Below, piece after piece: positions 1 to 8,629 of a stretch of 64,000 bases of DNA; within the stretch, counting starts at the first letter, position 1; every line of letters begins with the position of its first letter. The position numbers and the translations under genes were made by a program. The notes beneath the pieces were generated by a model that did no database searches, was not told where the DNA came from, and saw only the letters and a list, made by a program, of their open reading frames with translations. Origin of the DNA: a virus; IMG/VR virus record IMGVR_UViG_3300048444_000173, positions 1-64,000 of that record; one strand, 5' to 3'.

Positions 1-2729
1 CTATCGACGGACGTGTTAATACAGTCGTTGATGACTTGCAGACGTTTGAAGATGATACGGCTGACCAGTTCACAAGCGCACAGGAATCGATCGACGCAGC
101 GAACGGGCGCATCACAAACAGCGTCTTTCAAATTGTCGGCAATAGCACCGACTTTGAAGATGCACAGTTACAGTCGCTTGATGAGCTAGTTGATTCGCTA
201 CAGCGTCGCACAGGACAGATAGACCGCAACTTATCTTATGCCGAAGCCATCAGTCAGCTTGAAGTTGACGTAAGTGAGGATGGTGCTTTAGCACGTTCTA
301 TTGATGCGCTAGAAGCGGCAACGGTGACGCAGGATAGCGCCATAAAAGCTAATACACAGTTTATCCAAGAAGTTGAAACGAATGTTAATGGTAATGCGAG
401 TTCGCTTGCACAGATTGCCGCAGGTGTAACAGGTGAAGAAGATACCGCATCTGCACTGATTAAACTTGAGTCATACTTGGAGGATGGTGGTTTATCCGCA
501 AGAGCTTTCTTTGGTACGGACGTTAACGGACAAGTTACAGGTATTGTTGTTAACGACAGCGGCACTGCACAACAGATTGAGTTTCAAGCTAATACGTTTG
601 CATTCCTTGATGGCGCTGGTGATGTTCAAGTCTATTGGGACACGAACAACGAGCGCTATGTATTCAACGGTGAAATCATAGCACAAGCGGGCAGCTTCAC
701 AGGTTCAGTGACATCAAGTGAGGGTAGCATTGGCGGCTGGAATATCGAACCTAACTACATGTCATCATCCGAGTCAGGGCAACGTATCGAACTTGATGCG
801 GGTAACAGTCGTATCGGTGTTTACGATACTGTCAACGAAAAAGTCGTCATGGGCTACCTCGATGGCTTGCCTAAGAACGATGGCACAGGCAACTGGGGTG
901 CAGGTGACTATGGCTTTTGGGCAAGAGCGGGTGACGGCTTAACGATTGACGGTACGATTGATTACACGTCAGGCGACTTTATTGTTGAGAATGACGCAAG
1001 TGTATCTATCCGTGACGACCAAAACCGTGAAATTGTGCGCTTAGGTACAGATAACGGTACAAAAGGTACGTTTATATATGACATAAGCGGCGATGTATTA
1101 GCCGAGTTTAGCGCTGATAAAATTGAAGTCGGTGAAAGCACTGGTGATAGCCTGACCTATCAGAACGGAAACCTAGATGTAAGCGGCGGCATAAGTGCAG
1201 ACCGTGGTGCTATCGGCGGTTGGTCTATTAGCGGAACATCATTAACAAGTGGCGACACTTCACTTAACTCAAGCACAGAAACGCTAACGCTTGGATCGGA
1301 AGTTTCGCTAAATAAAGATGCTGTAAACTTCGGCGCAGGATTCGCATGGGATAGCACCAACGGCCTTGTTGTTGATGGCGACGCAGAAATAGCAGGGTGG
1401 ATAGTCGAAACGGGCTTATTCAAATCTGCTACTAGCGGTGCGCGTATCGAGCTTAATGCAACGAACAACCGAGTTTCAGTGTTCGACTCAGTAAATGAAA
1501 AAGTCGCTATGGGTTACTTGGGCGGATTACCTAAGTATGATGGTAGTGGTAATTGGGCGAGTAACAACTACGGTTTTTGGGCTAGACAAGGCGACCAGTT
1601 AGTTATTGACGGTGACATGGAATACAATAATGGTGACTTCATCATTGAGAATGATGCGTCCGTTAAAATCCGTGACGGTGTTAACGCTAATGAAATCATG
1701 CGCTGGGGTACAGACGCTGGTGTAAAAGGTATGTTCATCTATGACGCTTCTGTTGCTGATGGTAGCGCATCAAATCGTATTGCTGAATTTAGTGCAAGTC
1801 GAATTGAAGTCGGACGCAACGATGAAAAGCTAGTTTACGAGAACGGCGAGCTTGACATTGAAGGCGGTATTACAGCAGACCGTGGCAAGATTGGCGGATG
1901 GACAATAGGCAGCACCAACCTGTCTAATACAGTGGACGGATTAGGCGCGATAGAACTAAACGCGGCTGTTCCTCGCATTCGCATTGATGACGAAAACGGT
2001 AACGCAAGATTCGTAGCAAGACCAGACAAGCTAACTGTAGGCGATAAATCAAATGACTACATGGAGTGGACACCAAACGATGGCTTAGACATCAGCGGTA
2101 ACATTTCAGGCGGAAGTATTGACCTCGGTAACGGCACGTTTACTGTTGATAATAGCGGTAACATGGTGGCGAATAGGGGTACGTTTAGAGGGAGCCTTGA
2201 CGGTGTTGATGGCACATTTAGTGGTGACATATCGGGGTCAAATGGCACTTTTGATGGTACAGTGAAGGCGAAAAACATACTGGGTGAAAGCGCAGCAGGT
2301 GGTTTTTCTTATGTAAGCCCATTTGCTCAGACTAGAATAGGTAGTAGCTACCAACAAGTGTTGAATCTTAGTGTATTATCTACGGATACTACATACATTG
2401 AGTCCCACACTAGAGTTATAACTGTTGGTGGGTTGCACGTTCTTCCTGTACAGACTTCCGGTGCCAGTGGTGCTATTATATCCGCAAGATGGTCAAGCGG
2501 GCAAGATTCCACCATAAGACAGTACAACGTGCTTCCTTCTGACTCTGGCTATACTTTCTTTATACCACCAGAAAACTTTTCAAATAATAGTACAATTACA
2601 TACCCACTCGAATTAGAGTTAAAAATTGATGGAGGCGGAGCGGGGTGGGAAATGACCGTAGAGGATGCTTATACAGTAGTGACTGTATTTAAGAACTCAG
2701 GGCTGATTGATTCAGGTTTTGTCAGCTAA
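1..2729 (+). CDS. Tail tip / central tail fibre (host-specificity J-like) protein, C-terminal part; 5' end lies outside the window
   Basis: Frame is open from the window start. Coiled-coil region, then a DUF1983-like segment (DVNGQVTGIVV...FQANTFAF), Gly-rich IGGW beta repeats and a variable C-terminus. Confidence 0.8.
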   Translation, partial: IDGRVNTVVDDLQTFEDDTADQFTSAQESIDAANGRITNSVFQIVGNSTDFEDAQLQSLDELVDSLQRRTGQIDRNLSYAEAISQLEVDVSEDGALARSIDALEAATVTQDSAIKANTQFIQEVETNVNGNASSLAQIAAGVTGEEDTASALIKLESYLEDGGLSARAFFGTDVNGQVTGIVVNDSGTAQQIEFQANTFAFLDGAGDVQVYWDTNNERYVFNGEIIAQAGSFTGSVTSSEGSIGGWNIEPNYMSSSESGQRIELDAGNSRIGVYDTVNEKVVMGYLDGLPKNDGTGNWGAGDYGFWARAGDGLTIDGTIDYTSGDFIVENDASVSIRDDQNREIVRLGTDNGTKGTFIYDISGDVLAEFSADKIEVGESTGDSLTYQNGNLDVSGGISADRGAIGGWSISGTSLTSGDTSLNSSTETLTLGSEVSLNKDAVNFGAGFAWDSTNGLVVDGDAEIAGWIVETGLFKSATSGARIELNATNNRVSVFDSVNEKVAMGYLGGLPKYDGSGNWASNNYGFWARQGDQLVIDGDMEYNNGDFIIENDASVKIRDGVNANEIMRWGTDAGVKGMFIYDASVADGSASNRIAEFSASRIEVGRNDEKLVYENGELDIEGGITADRGKIGGWTIGSTNLSNTVDGLGAIELNAAVPRIRIDDENGNARFVARPDKLTVGDKSNDYMEWTPNDGLDISGNISGGSIDLGNGTFTVDNSGNMVANRGTFRGSLDGVDGTFSGDISGSNGTFDGTVKAKNILGESAAGGFSYVSPFAQTRIGSSYQQVLNLSVLSTDTTYIESHTRVITVGGLHVLPVQTSGASGAIISARWSSGQDSTIRQYNVLPSDSGYTFFIPPENFSNNSTITYPLELELKIDGGGAGWEMTVEDAYTVVTVFKNSGLIDSGFVS

Positions 2730-2847
2730 TTTAGTTACAGGGCTCCAGCTACTAATATTAAAATATATTTCAAAGGAATAACAAAATGAGCACATTTACA
2801 ACAGTGTCAGAATTTAACAGAAAATTTAACCAAACGAGGTCACTAAC

Positions 2848-4563
2848 ATGACATCATACGTAAGAAGCGCAGACGTTGACTTAGCGCAAAACTCAAAGTT
2901 TGTCGAGGTCAACGACTCGGCTAACATTGGTAACATCAAAGACGGATGGGGCATATTCGTCAACGAAAAGTTGGTAGGTATTGCCCGAACCGTAAATACA
3001 GGAGCTAATCCGCAGACCATAGAATTACACGAAAACTATACAGGCAACGCTATTACGGGCGGTGTACTTTACGCTGTCATTACGCAAGGTTCGATTAGTG
3101 CTATTGGCGAGCGGTTGACAAGCCTTGCAGATACATACGAGGGGCTTGCTGATAGCGTTGCAACGACTACTACGCCAAATAGCTTGGTCAAGCGCACAAG
3201 CGATGGTCGTGTTAAAGTTGCTAACGGCGTGGACAGTAACGATGCGGTGGCGTATGGGCAGTTCAGCGGCTTAGAGCAAGACCTAATTGATACGGTTGAC
3301 TTGCAAGTTGCACGAGTTAATGTCGAAGAAAAGCTAAAACGTGACGCCGCATTCTACGCTGACTTTACGCAAGATGATGCGATTATATCGAGCGGGCTTA
3401 GCAAAGTGGCTAGCGGTGTGGCTTCTGCTATCACAATGACAAACCCTGATGGTATTACAGGTATCGGCGCTGATGGAAAAATATACGATTCGGGCGCTGG
3501 TAATGTGCCGATTGTGCATGATGTCGAGGGCGAGTGTCAAGGCTTGCAGACTGCGACTGGTAGCACGAATGAATGGCTTTGGTCAGAAGATATAACAACC
3601 GGAGTTTATTCTATTATCGGTGGTGCTGCGATTAATTCTGAAACTTTTATAGAGAATTCAAACGATGAACAACACAGGCTTTCACAAAACATCACTGTAA
3701 CTTCACAGGGGGATTTGTGGTCATTTCATGGTGAGTTTAAGCCGAACGGTCGTAGTGTTATCCAACTTGTTTTAGGCTCTAATATATTTCCCACAACTTC
3801 AGTTAATTTTGATTTGGAAAATGTCGTCATAAGTGACGATGACGGTGGCTTTGATCATCTAAAAATAGAAAAAAGAGCAGACGGATGGGTTTACTGCGAG
3901 GCTGTTTGTGAAGCTTCTGAGGGGAGTGGGATAACCAGCCCGTTTTGGGTTTTGCAGGACTCTCCCACTGCTAGCAGGTTTTCATCATACTTAGGTGACG
4001 GTTCTAGCGGAATCAAGGCAAGGTACTTATCTGCCGAGCAAGGCTATCCAACCGCTTACATCAAAACAGAAGCGAGTCAGGTGACTAGGGGCTATGTGGG
4101 AGCGGTTACAGAGCAATTTGGTCTAAATCCAGTTACTCATACGCTTTTTGGGGTTGCTACTTATTATGGTTCCGAAGATGACCAAAATCTATTGGCGAAT
4201 CGTAGTGGTGATACTGGTTTTGACGTGTCTCTTACTACCGTCGGTTCAATACGCACTAGGTACGCAGATGGTAGTGGAGGGACTGTCAACACCCTCCTTT
4301 CTATGGGTCTCGAAATAGGCGACCGTTTTGCATGGTGTGTTACTAGAGATAGTGATGGTGTAGTTAAAACTTTTTGCTCTGCAACAAGTAATATTGAAAC
4401 TTTAACAGGGTCTGTTGACGCTGAGTTTACCGACAAGACACTAAAAATTTCAGCTTACACCGCCAGTGGTTCGGTTCGTCCTGCGAATGGCACTGTAGAA
4501 AAGATAGTGGTTAGCAGTCACACTATCACAGACGCAGAAGCCTTGGTATTGACATCACTATGA
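2848..4563 (+). CDS. Tail fibre / spike protein
   Basis: Fibre motifs SLVKRTSDGRVKVA and DAVAYGQ, TNEWLWSED...YIKT spike-type domain, lectin-like C-terminus; RBS GAGG; lies in the tail module. Confidence 0.7.
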   Translation: MTSYVRSADVDLAQNSKFVEVNDSANIGNIKDGWGIFVNEKLVGIARTVNTGANPQTIELHENYTGNAITGGVLYAVITQGSISAIGERLTSLADTYEGLADSVATTTTPNSLVKRTSDGRVKVANGVDSNDAVAYGQFSGLEQDLIDTVDLQVARVNVEEKLKRDAAFYADFTQDDAIISSGLSKVASGVASAITMTNPDGITGIGADGKIYDSGAGNVPIVHDVEGECQGLQTATGSTNEWLWSEDITTGVYSIIGGAAINSETFIENSNDEQHRLSQNITVTSQGDLWSFHGEFKPNGRSVIQLVLGSNIFPTTSVNFDLENVVISDDDGGFDHLKIEKRADGWVYCEAVCEASEGSGITSPFWVLQDSPTASRFSSYLGDGSSGIKARYLSAEQGYPTAYIKTEASQVTRGYVGAVTEQFGLNPVTHTLFGVATYYGSEDDQNLLANRSGDTGFDVSLTTVGSIRTRYADGSGGTVNTLLSMGLEIGDRFAWCVTRDSDGVVKTFCSATSNIETLTGSVDAEFTDKTLKISAYTASGSVRPANGTVEKIVVSSHTITDAEALVLTSL

Positions 4564-5300
4564 TAGTTAAGATTAGAGACGGCTTTACCCTTATCAAGGA
4601 ATGCGAGGAGGGCATCTTAATAAGATGTGATAAGCATAAATGCGATTTCGCAACTACGTATAATAGACATAAGCATTCCAAATATGGCGGGTGTACCCAA
4701 TGTAGACACGGTGGTATCCTAGAGAGTAGAGCTAAGAAGGGCTATGAGTTCTTAGAAGAAGCTCGGAGATTATGGTGCGATAAATATTCTTACTTTGACG
4801 TGCCTACGTACTGTACTTCAAAGACACAGATTGGAATTGTTTGTAGGAAACATGGAGAATTCTACCAGACTGTTAATAGCCACTTGTCTGGGAGAGGTTG
4901 TAGGGCTTGTGGGTATGAGAGTAAGAAAGGTAAAGGCATTGGAGGATATTCCTACCAGCTTTTTGAGGAATACCCAGAGCGAGCCAAGGAACAAGGATTG
5001 TTCTATCTGTGCGAGATGTTTAATGACGAATACCATTTTCTTAAATATGGTATCACCAAAACCACCCTTGGAAAGAGATTCAGTGTCCACAGGACATTCT
5101 TTTACGAACCAATTATAGTTGTCAGAGATAACCTGTTTAATCTGTTTGAGTTAGAGCAACAATTTCGAGGAATATTCCCACAACATAATTGTAAGTCTCA
5201 CATAGATGGGTACACAGAGACAATACCTATTAGTTTCAAGAGGGAAGTTATAAAACACATGAGAGATAAATCAATCGCCCTAACAACATTGGAGCAGTAA
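4560..5300 (+). CDS. Putative homing endonuclease (DUF723-like CxxHG zinc repeats plus GIY-YIG-like C-terminus)
   Basis: IVCRKHGEFYQ...HLSGRGCRAC; FYLC...FLKYGIT...RF...DGYTE. Confidence 0.7.
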   Translation: MIVKIRDGFTLIKECEEGILIRCDKHKCDFATTYNRHKHSKYGGCTQCRHGGILESRAKKGYEFLEEARRLWCDKYSYFDVPTYCTSKTQIGIVCRKHGEFYQTVNSHLSGRGCRACGYESKKGKGIGGYSYQLFEEYPERAKEQGLFYLCEMFNDEYHFLKYGITKTTLGKRFSVHRTFFYEPIIVVRDNLFNLFELEQQFRGIFPQHNCKSHIDGYTETIPISFKREVIKHMRDKSIALTTLEQ

Positions 5301-5301
5301 T

Positions 5302-5841
5302 ATGATTAAACTTATCGGCGTTGTTCCAACAGCGCAAGCACAATATAACGAGAACGGGGAACAAGTCTCCCCTGCTCAATACGATGACAAAAGCTATTAC
5401 GCAATCAGCCACGACCGCATAAAGGGTTTAACGGAAATAAGCCCCGACAGACCGTTGCCTAAGTTTGGCTCGAATACGCATTACTACGCATTCACAGACG
5501 AACAAGATGCAAAGACACAGCTCAGCTATGACGAAGAAACTGAGTCATTTAATGTTGAGTTTTATCCTAGCGAGAAAGAGTTTAAGCAATCTCGCCAACA
5601 ACAACTTGACAACGCTGTAGTCACAATTAGCACAGGCAAAAAGTTTGACGCTGATGAATCGAGCATTACGCGCTTAACTAATGCTATTATTGCAGCGCAA
5701 GATGAGCCTGACACGCTTATTCCGTGGTCTTTGGCTGATGATGGTGCGGGTGCTATGACAGAATGCACACAGGCTGAGATACGGGAAGCACATAAGCTTG
5801 CTGTACAGAATATGGCATCAATTTGGAGTGTAGAACAATGA
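5302..5841 (+). CDS. DUF4376-like tail fibre accessory protein
   Basis: FDADESSITRL...WSLAD motif; downstream of the fibre gene. Confidence 0.65.
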   Translation: MIKLIGVVPTAQAQYNENGEQVSPAQYDDKSYYAISHDRIKGLTEISPDRPLPKFGSNTHYYAFTDEQDAKTQLSYDEETESFNVEFYPSEKEFKQSRQQQLDNAVVTISTGKKFDADESSITRLTNAIIAAQDEPDTLIPWSLADDGAGAMTECTQAEIREAHKLAVQNMASIWSVEQ

Positions 5842-6221
5842 CACAACTAAACTGGCAAGACTATTACCCTGAATTTCAGAAGCATGAGTTTGACTGTAAA
5901 CACACTGGCTTAAACAACATGACCAAAGAGTTTATGGATAAACTTCATGCTCTACGCTTAGCCTATAATAAGCCAATGATTATATCCAGTGGTTATCGTC
6001 ACGAATCCCACCCTATTGAAGCTGAGAAGAGCGTCAGGGGCGAACATACCTATGGGGAATGCTGTGACATAGCTGTTGGATATGAGGACGCTTACGAGCT
6101 TCTTAGGCTTGCATTTGAGCATGGATTTACACGAATAGGTGTCAAACAGCATGACGAGGGCAGATTCATTCACTTAGGAATGAGTGACAAGTTCCCTAAC
6201 CCTAGAGTTTGGAGCTATTGA
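5838..6221 (+). CDS. Endolysin, peptidase M15A family
   Basis: EFDCK, ISSGYR, H-x6-D and FIHL zinc-peptidase motifs; ATG at 5838 overlaps the upstream stop. Confidence 0.85.
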   Translation: MTQLNWQDYYPEFQKHEFDCKHTGLNNMTKEFMDKLHALRLAYNKPMIISSGYRHESHPIEAEKSVRGEHTYGECCDIAVGYEDAYELLRLAFEHGFTRIGVKQHDEGRFIHLGMSDKFPNPRVWSY

Positions 6222-6222
6222 A

Positions 6223-6295
6223 AATAGCAAGAATATTGCCTATCGGCAAAGTCATACTAGCGTATGCAAGAATCCCCTAGCGGGAATTAGCTATT
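6223..6295. other. Intergenic four-way junction (closing stem plus three hairpins with C-TAKC-G loops)
   Basis: AATAGC/GCTATT encloses TTGCC-TATC-GGCAA, CATAC-TAGC-GTATG and AATCCCC-TAGC-GGGAATT. Confidence 0.6.
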
Positions 6296-6321
6296 AAAAT
6301 ATACATAAATTGGAGAAAATT

Positions 6322-6531
6322 ATGGTACAAGGTAAGAAGTGGTACAAGAGTAAAGCAATTTGGGGCAGCGTAGTTGCTGTAGTATCTTTAGTTGGTGGTG
6401 CATTCGGCTATACGATTGGTGCAGAAGATCAGGAACTATTAGCTGTGTCCTTATCAGGAATTGGTGTAGCAGCAGGTAATATCCTAGCTGTCTATGGTCG
6501 AGCTAAAGCCAAAGATAAGTTGGAAAAATAA
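6322..6531 (+). CDS. Holin
   Basis: K.WY.SK.IW start, two hydrophobic segments, YGR.KA basic tail; between endolysin and spanins; RBS GGAG before ATG 6322. Confidence 0.7.
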   Translation: MVQGKKWYKSKAIWGSVVAVVSLVGGAFGYTIGAEDQELLAVSLSGIGVAAGNILAVYGRAKAKDKLEK

Positions 6532-6755
6532 TGTGGGCTAAATTCAAGTCGTGGATTCTTGGCTTAGTATTCGGAGGGCTTGCTTTGGCGTTATTGCTAT
6601 GGCAAGCCTTTTCGTCTGGAAAGTCGTCACAGAAATCAGATGAGCAAGAGGAGATACTGGACAATGTTAAAAAGGCTAAAGAATCTCGCCAAGATACTAA
6701 CAATATGTCTGACGATGAGCGTATTGAGCGGATGCGTAAGCGTTCCCGTAAGTGA
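6531..6755 (+). CDS. Inner-membrane spanin (Rz-like)
   Basis: N-terminal TM helix then a charged coiled coil; overlapped by a lipoprotein gene. Confidence 0.65.
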   Translation: MWAKFKSWILGLVFGGLALALLLWQAFSSGKSSQKSDEQEEILDNVKKAKESRQDTNNMSDDERIERMRKRSRK

Positions 6756-6894
6756 ATACTGTATCATAGACTTTCAGATTAAACCTACGCCAGAGGAAAT
6801 TGACAGAGCCTTAGGCGCTAACCTCAAGCCACTTCTCTTGCGTATAGACGAGCATGACACAATGTATGCCGAATTAGGATGTATCAATGAGTGA
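6664..6894 (+). CDS. Outer-membrane spanin (Rz1-like lipoprotein)
   Basis: MLKRLKNLAKILTICLTMSVLSGC signal peptide with lipobox LSGC; overlaps the i-spanin in another frame; RBS GAGGAG upstream. Confidence 0.7.
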   Translation: MLKRLKNLAKILTICLTMSVLSGCVSVPVSEYCIIDFQIKPTPEEIDRALGANLKPLLLRIDEHDTMYAELGCINE

Positions 6895-7069
6895 CAAGTT
6901 ACAGGACATAGACATTGAGTATGAAAAATTACGCCTAGAGAACATTAAGCTAAGATATGCGACAAGGAGTTTTGTCGATGCTTATGAACGAGCTATGAGG
7001 GATGGAACTGAGCTACAATTCACTAGGCGTGAGGTGGATAGGATTAAAGCTGTGCAGAATTTATTATAA
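6887..7069 (+). CDS. Hypothetical protein
   Basis: Coupled start, RBS AGGA. Confidence 0.5.
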   Translation: MSDKLQDIDIEYEKLRLENIKLRYATRSFVDAYERAMRDGTELQFTRREVDRIKAVQNLL

Positions 7070-7124
7070 ATAAATTGAACAGTGCTTATCAGCACAGGGG
7101 ATTCTGTAAAAAGCATATAGGGGC

Positions 7125-7649
7125 TTATTCCTCGCCCCCTTCCTCGTTGCCTTCATTCTCGTAAACTTCCCCCTCTACGGCTTTCTCAGACTCTCCTTTG
7201 CTATCCTCTAGCCCTAAGAACTTGGACAATGCCGCTACCGTAGATTCTCCGCTATCAACAATTAGGGTATTGTTCGTCTGGTTCTGTACCTTTGTGCTGT
7301 AACGATTCGGGTCAGATGCTTTGAGCATAGTTTCGAGCAGCTTATCCGAATACTTCCTCTGTGTCCCTACCTTTTGCCCTTGAAACCAGACATCTTCCTC
7401 TACGCCGTCAACCGCACGTTGATATGCTGCGTCCTCAAGTTTGCCTAAATACCTCGCCTTAGCAATTTCCAATGCCTCCTTGAAATAAGCATCTTTCTCT
7501 GCTAAGCTGTACACAGTTTTCATGCCAACACCTAGTTCACCTGCGGCTCGTGTGACATTACCAGTTCGTTCTAATATTTGTAGGAACTGTTTTTGGCGAG
7601 GTTCAGTCAAAGGTAAATGTGCTGGAGTTTTGTCTACTTCTTTTGTCAT
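7125..7649 (-). CDS. terS: Terminase small subunit
   Basis: HTH-like GNVTRAA...VY and RAVDGVEEDVWFQG...RKYSDKLL motif typical of TerS; start taken at MTKEV. Confidence 0.75.
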   Translation of the reverse strand: MTKEVDKTPAHLPLTEPRQKQFLQILERTGNVTRAAGELGVGMKTVYSLAEKDAYFKEALEIAKARYLGKLEDAAYQRAVDGVEEDVWFQGQKVGTQRKYSDKLLETMLKASDPNRYSTKVQNQTNNTLIVDSGESTVAALSKFLGLEDSKGESEKAVEGEVYENEGNEEGGEE

Positions 7650-7741
7650 AATTAAATTCGCTATTGATTTGTGGATCAGGTTAATGTAGAATAGTGCTAT
7701 GATTGAGTTAGACACATTTTTTAGTACAAGTGGGGTAAGAT

Positions 7742-8629
7742 ATGTTGAGTCAGGAAGAGTTGCGGGAATTATTTGAGTATGATGAGTCTAGTCCTAGTTG
7801 TTTGCGGTGGAAGGGTCACAAGGTCAAAAGTGTGAACGGCAGACCTGTAGGCTCTTGGTATCCTCGTTATAATAAGTTTATAGCAACAGTAGGTGGTAAG
7901 AAAATACCGCTAGAGTACCTGATGTACCAATTCAAATATGGTGGTATTGAAGATGGCGACACTTTGAGGACTTTGGGTGAACCATCAGACCTAAGAAAAG
8001 AAAACTTAATCTTATATAAAAAAGATTATATTGAGTATTGTTATAACGCTCGAATGAATATGGAGTGGTGGAATGTATTTGACATAAAGGATGGCAAGCT
8101 TTATTGGAAAATACCTAGCTTCGGAGGTAGGAGTAAGGGTAGCCATGTTCGTACAGATATTGGTGAGTCACTCAAATGGAGGTTAAACCAACACGGTTAC
8201 GTTGTTTGTAATATTAGAACCAGAAGTAAGAATCACCATTACTATCATAAAATTATGTGGGAAACTGCGAATGGTAGACCTACTGGTGACAATGAGGTTG
8301 ACCACATTGACAGGGATAAGTTAAATTGTGACCCATCTAACTTACGTTTAGCTACTAGGAATATTAATAGCAGGAACAGAAGCATGAGTGCCAACAACAC
8401 CTCTGGTGTAACTGGTGTTCATTATTCCAAAGATGACTTTTGGACTGCTAGGTATAATGACGCTGATGGTGTCAGGAGATGTAAAAAGTTTTCAGTGAAG
8501 CAGTACGGTTGGGATAAAGCGTTTGAAATGGCTTGCGAATATCGTAAAGAGAAGATAGAATACTTAAACGAAATATATGGTGATGAAGGTTATACAGAAA
8601 CACACGGTTTAAAATTGGAGGATAATTAA
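7742..8629 (+). CDS. HNH homing endonuclease with AP2-like C-terminal domain
   Basis: EVDHIDRDKLNCDPSNLR...N.RN, NTSGVTGV, KKFSVKQYG...A.EMA...R. Confidence 0.85.
   Translation: MLSQEELRELFEYDESSPSCLRWKGHKVKSVNGRPVGSWYPRYNKFIATVGGKKIPLEYLMYQFKYGGIEDGDTLRTLGEPSDLRKENLILYKKDYIEYCYNARMNMEWWNVFDIKDGKLYWKIPSFGGRSKGSHVRTDIGESLKWRLNQHGYVVCNIRTRSKNHHYYHKIMWETANGRPTGDNEVDHIDRDKLNCDPSNLRLATRNINSRNRSMSANNTSGVTGVHYSKDDFWTARYNDADGVRRCKKFSVKQYGWDKAFEMACEYRKEKIEYLNEIYGDEGYTETHGLKLEDN

Noticed and set aside
1-5841. Diversity-generating retroelement or invertible tail-fibre cassette
   Set aside because: No reverse transcriptase, invertase, template/variable repeat pair or inverted crossover sites seen in the window.
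6223-6295. tRNA gene
   Set aside because: tRNA-sized cloverleaf, but with 4-nt loops and no T-loop, D-loop GG or anticodon loop.
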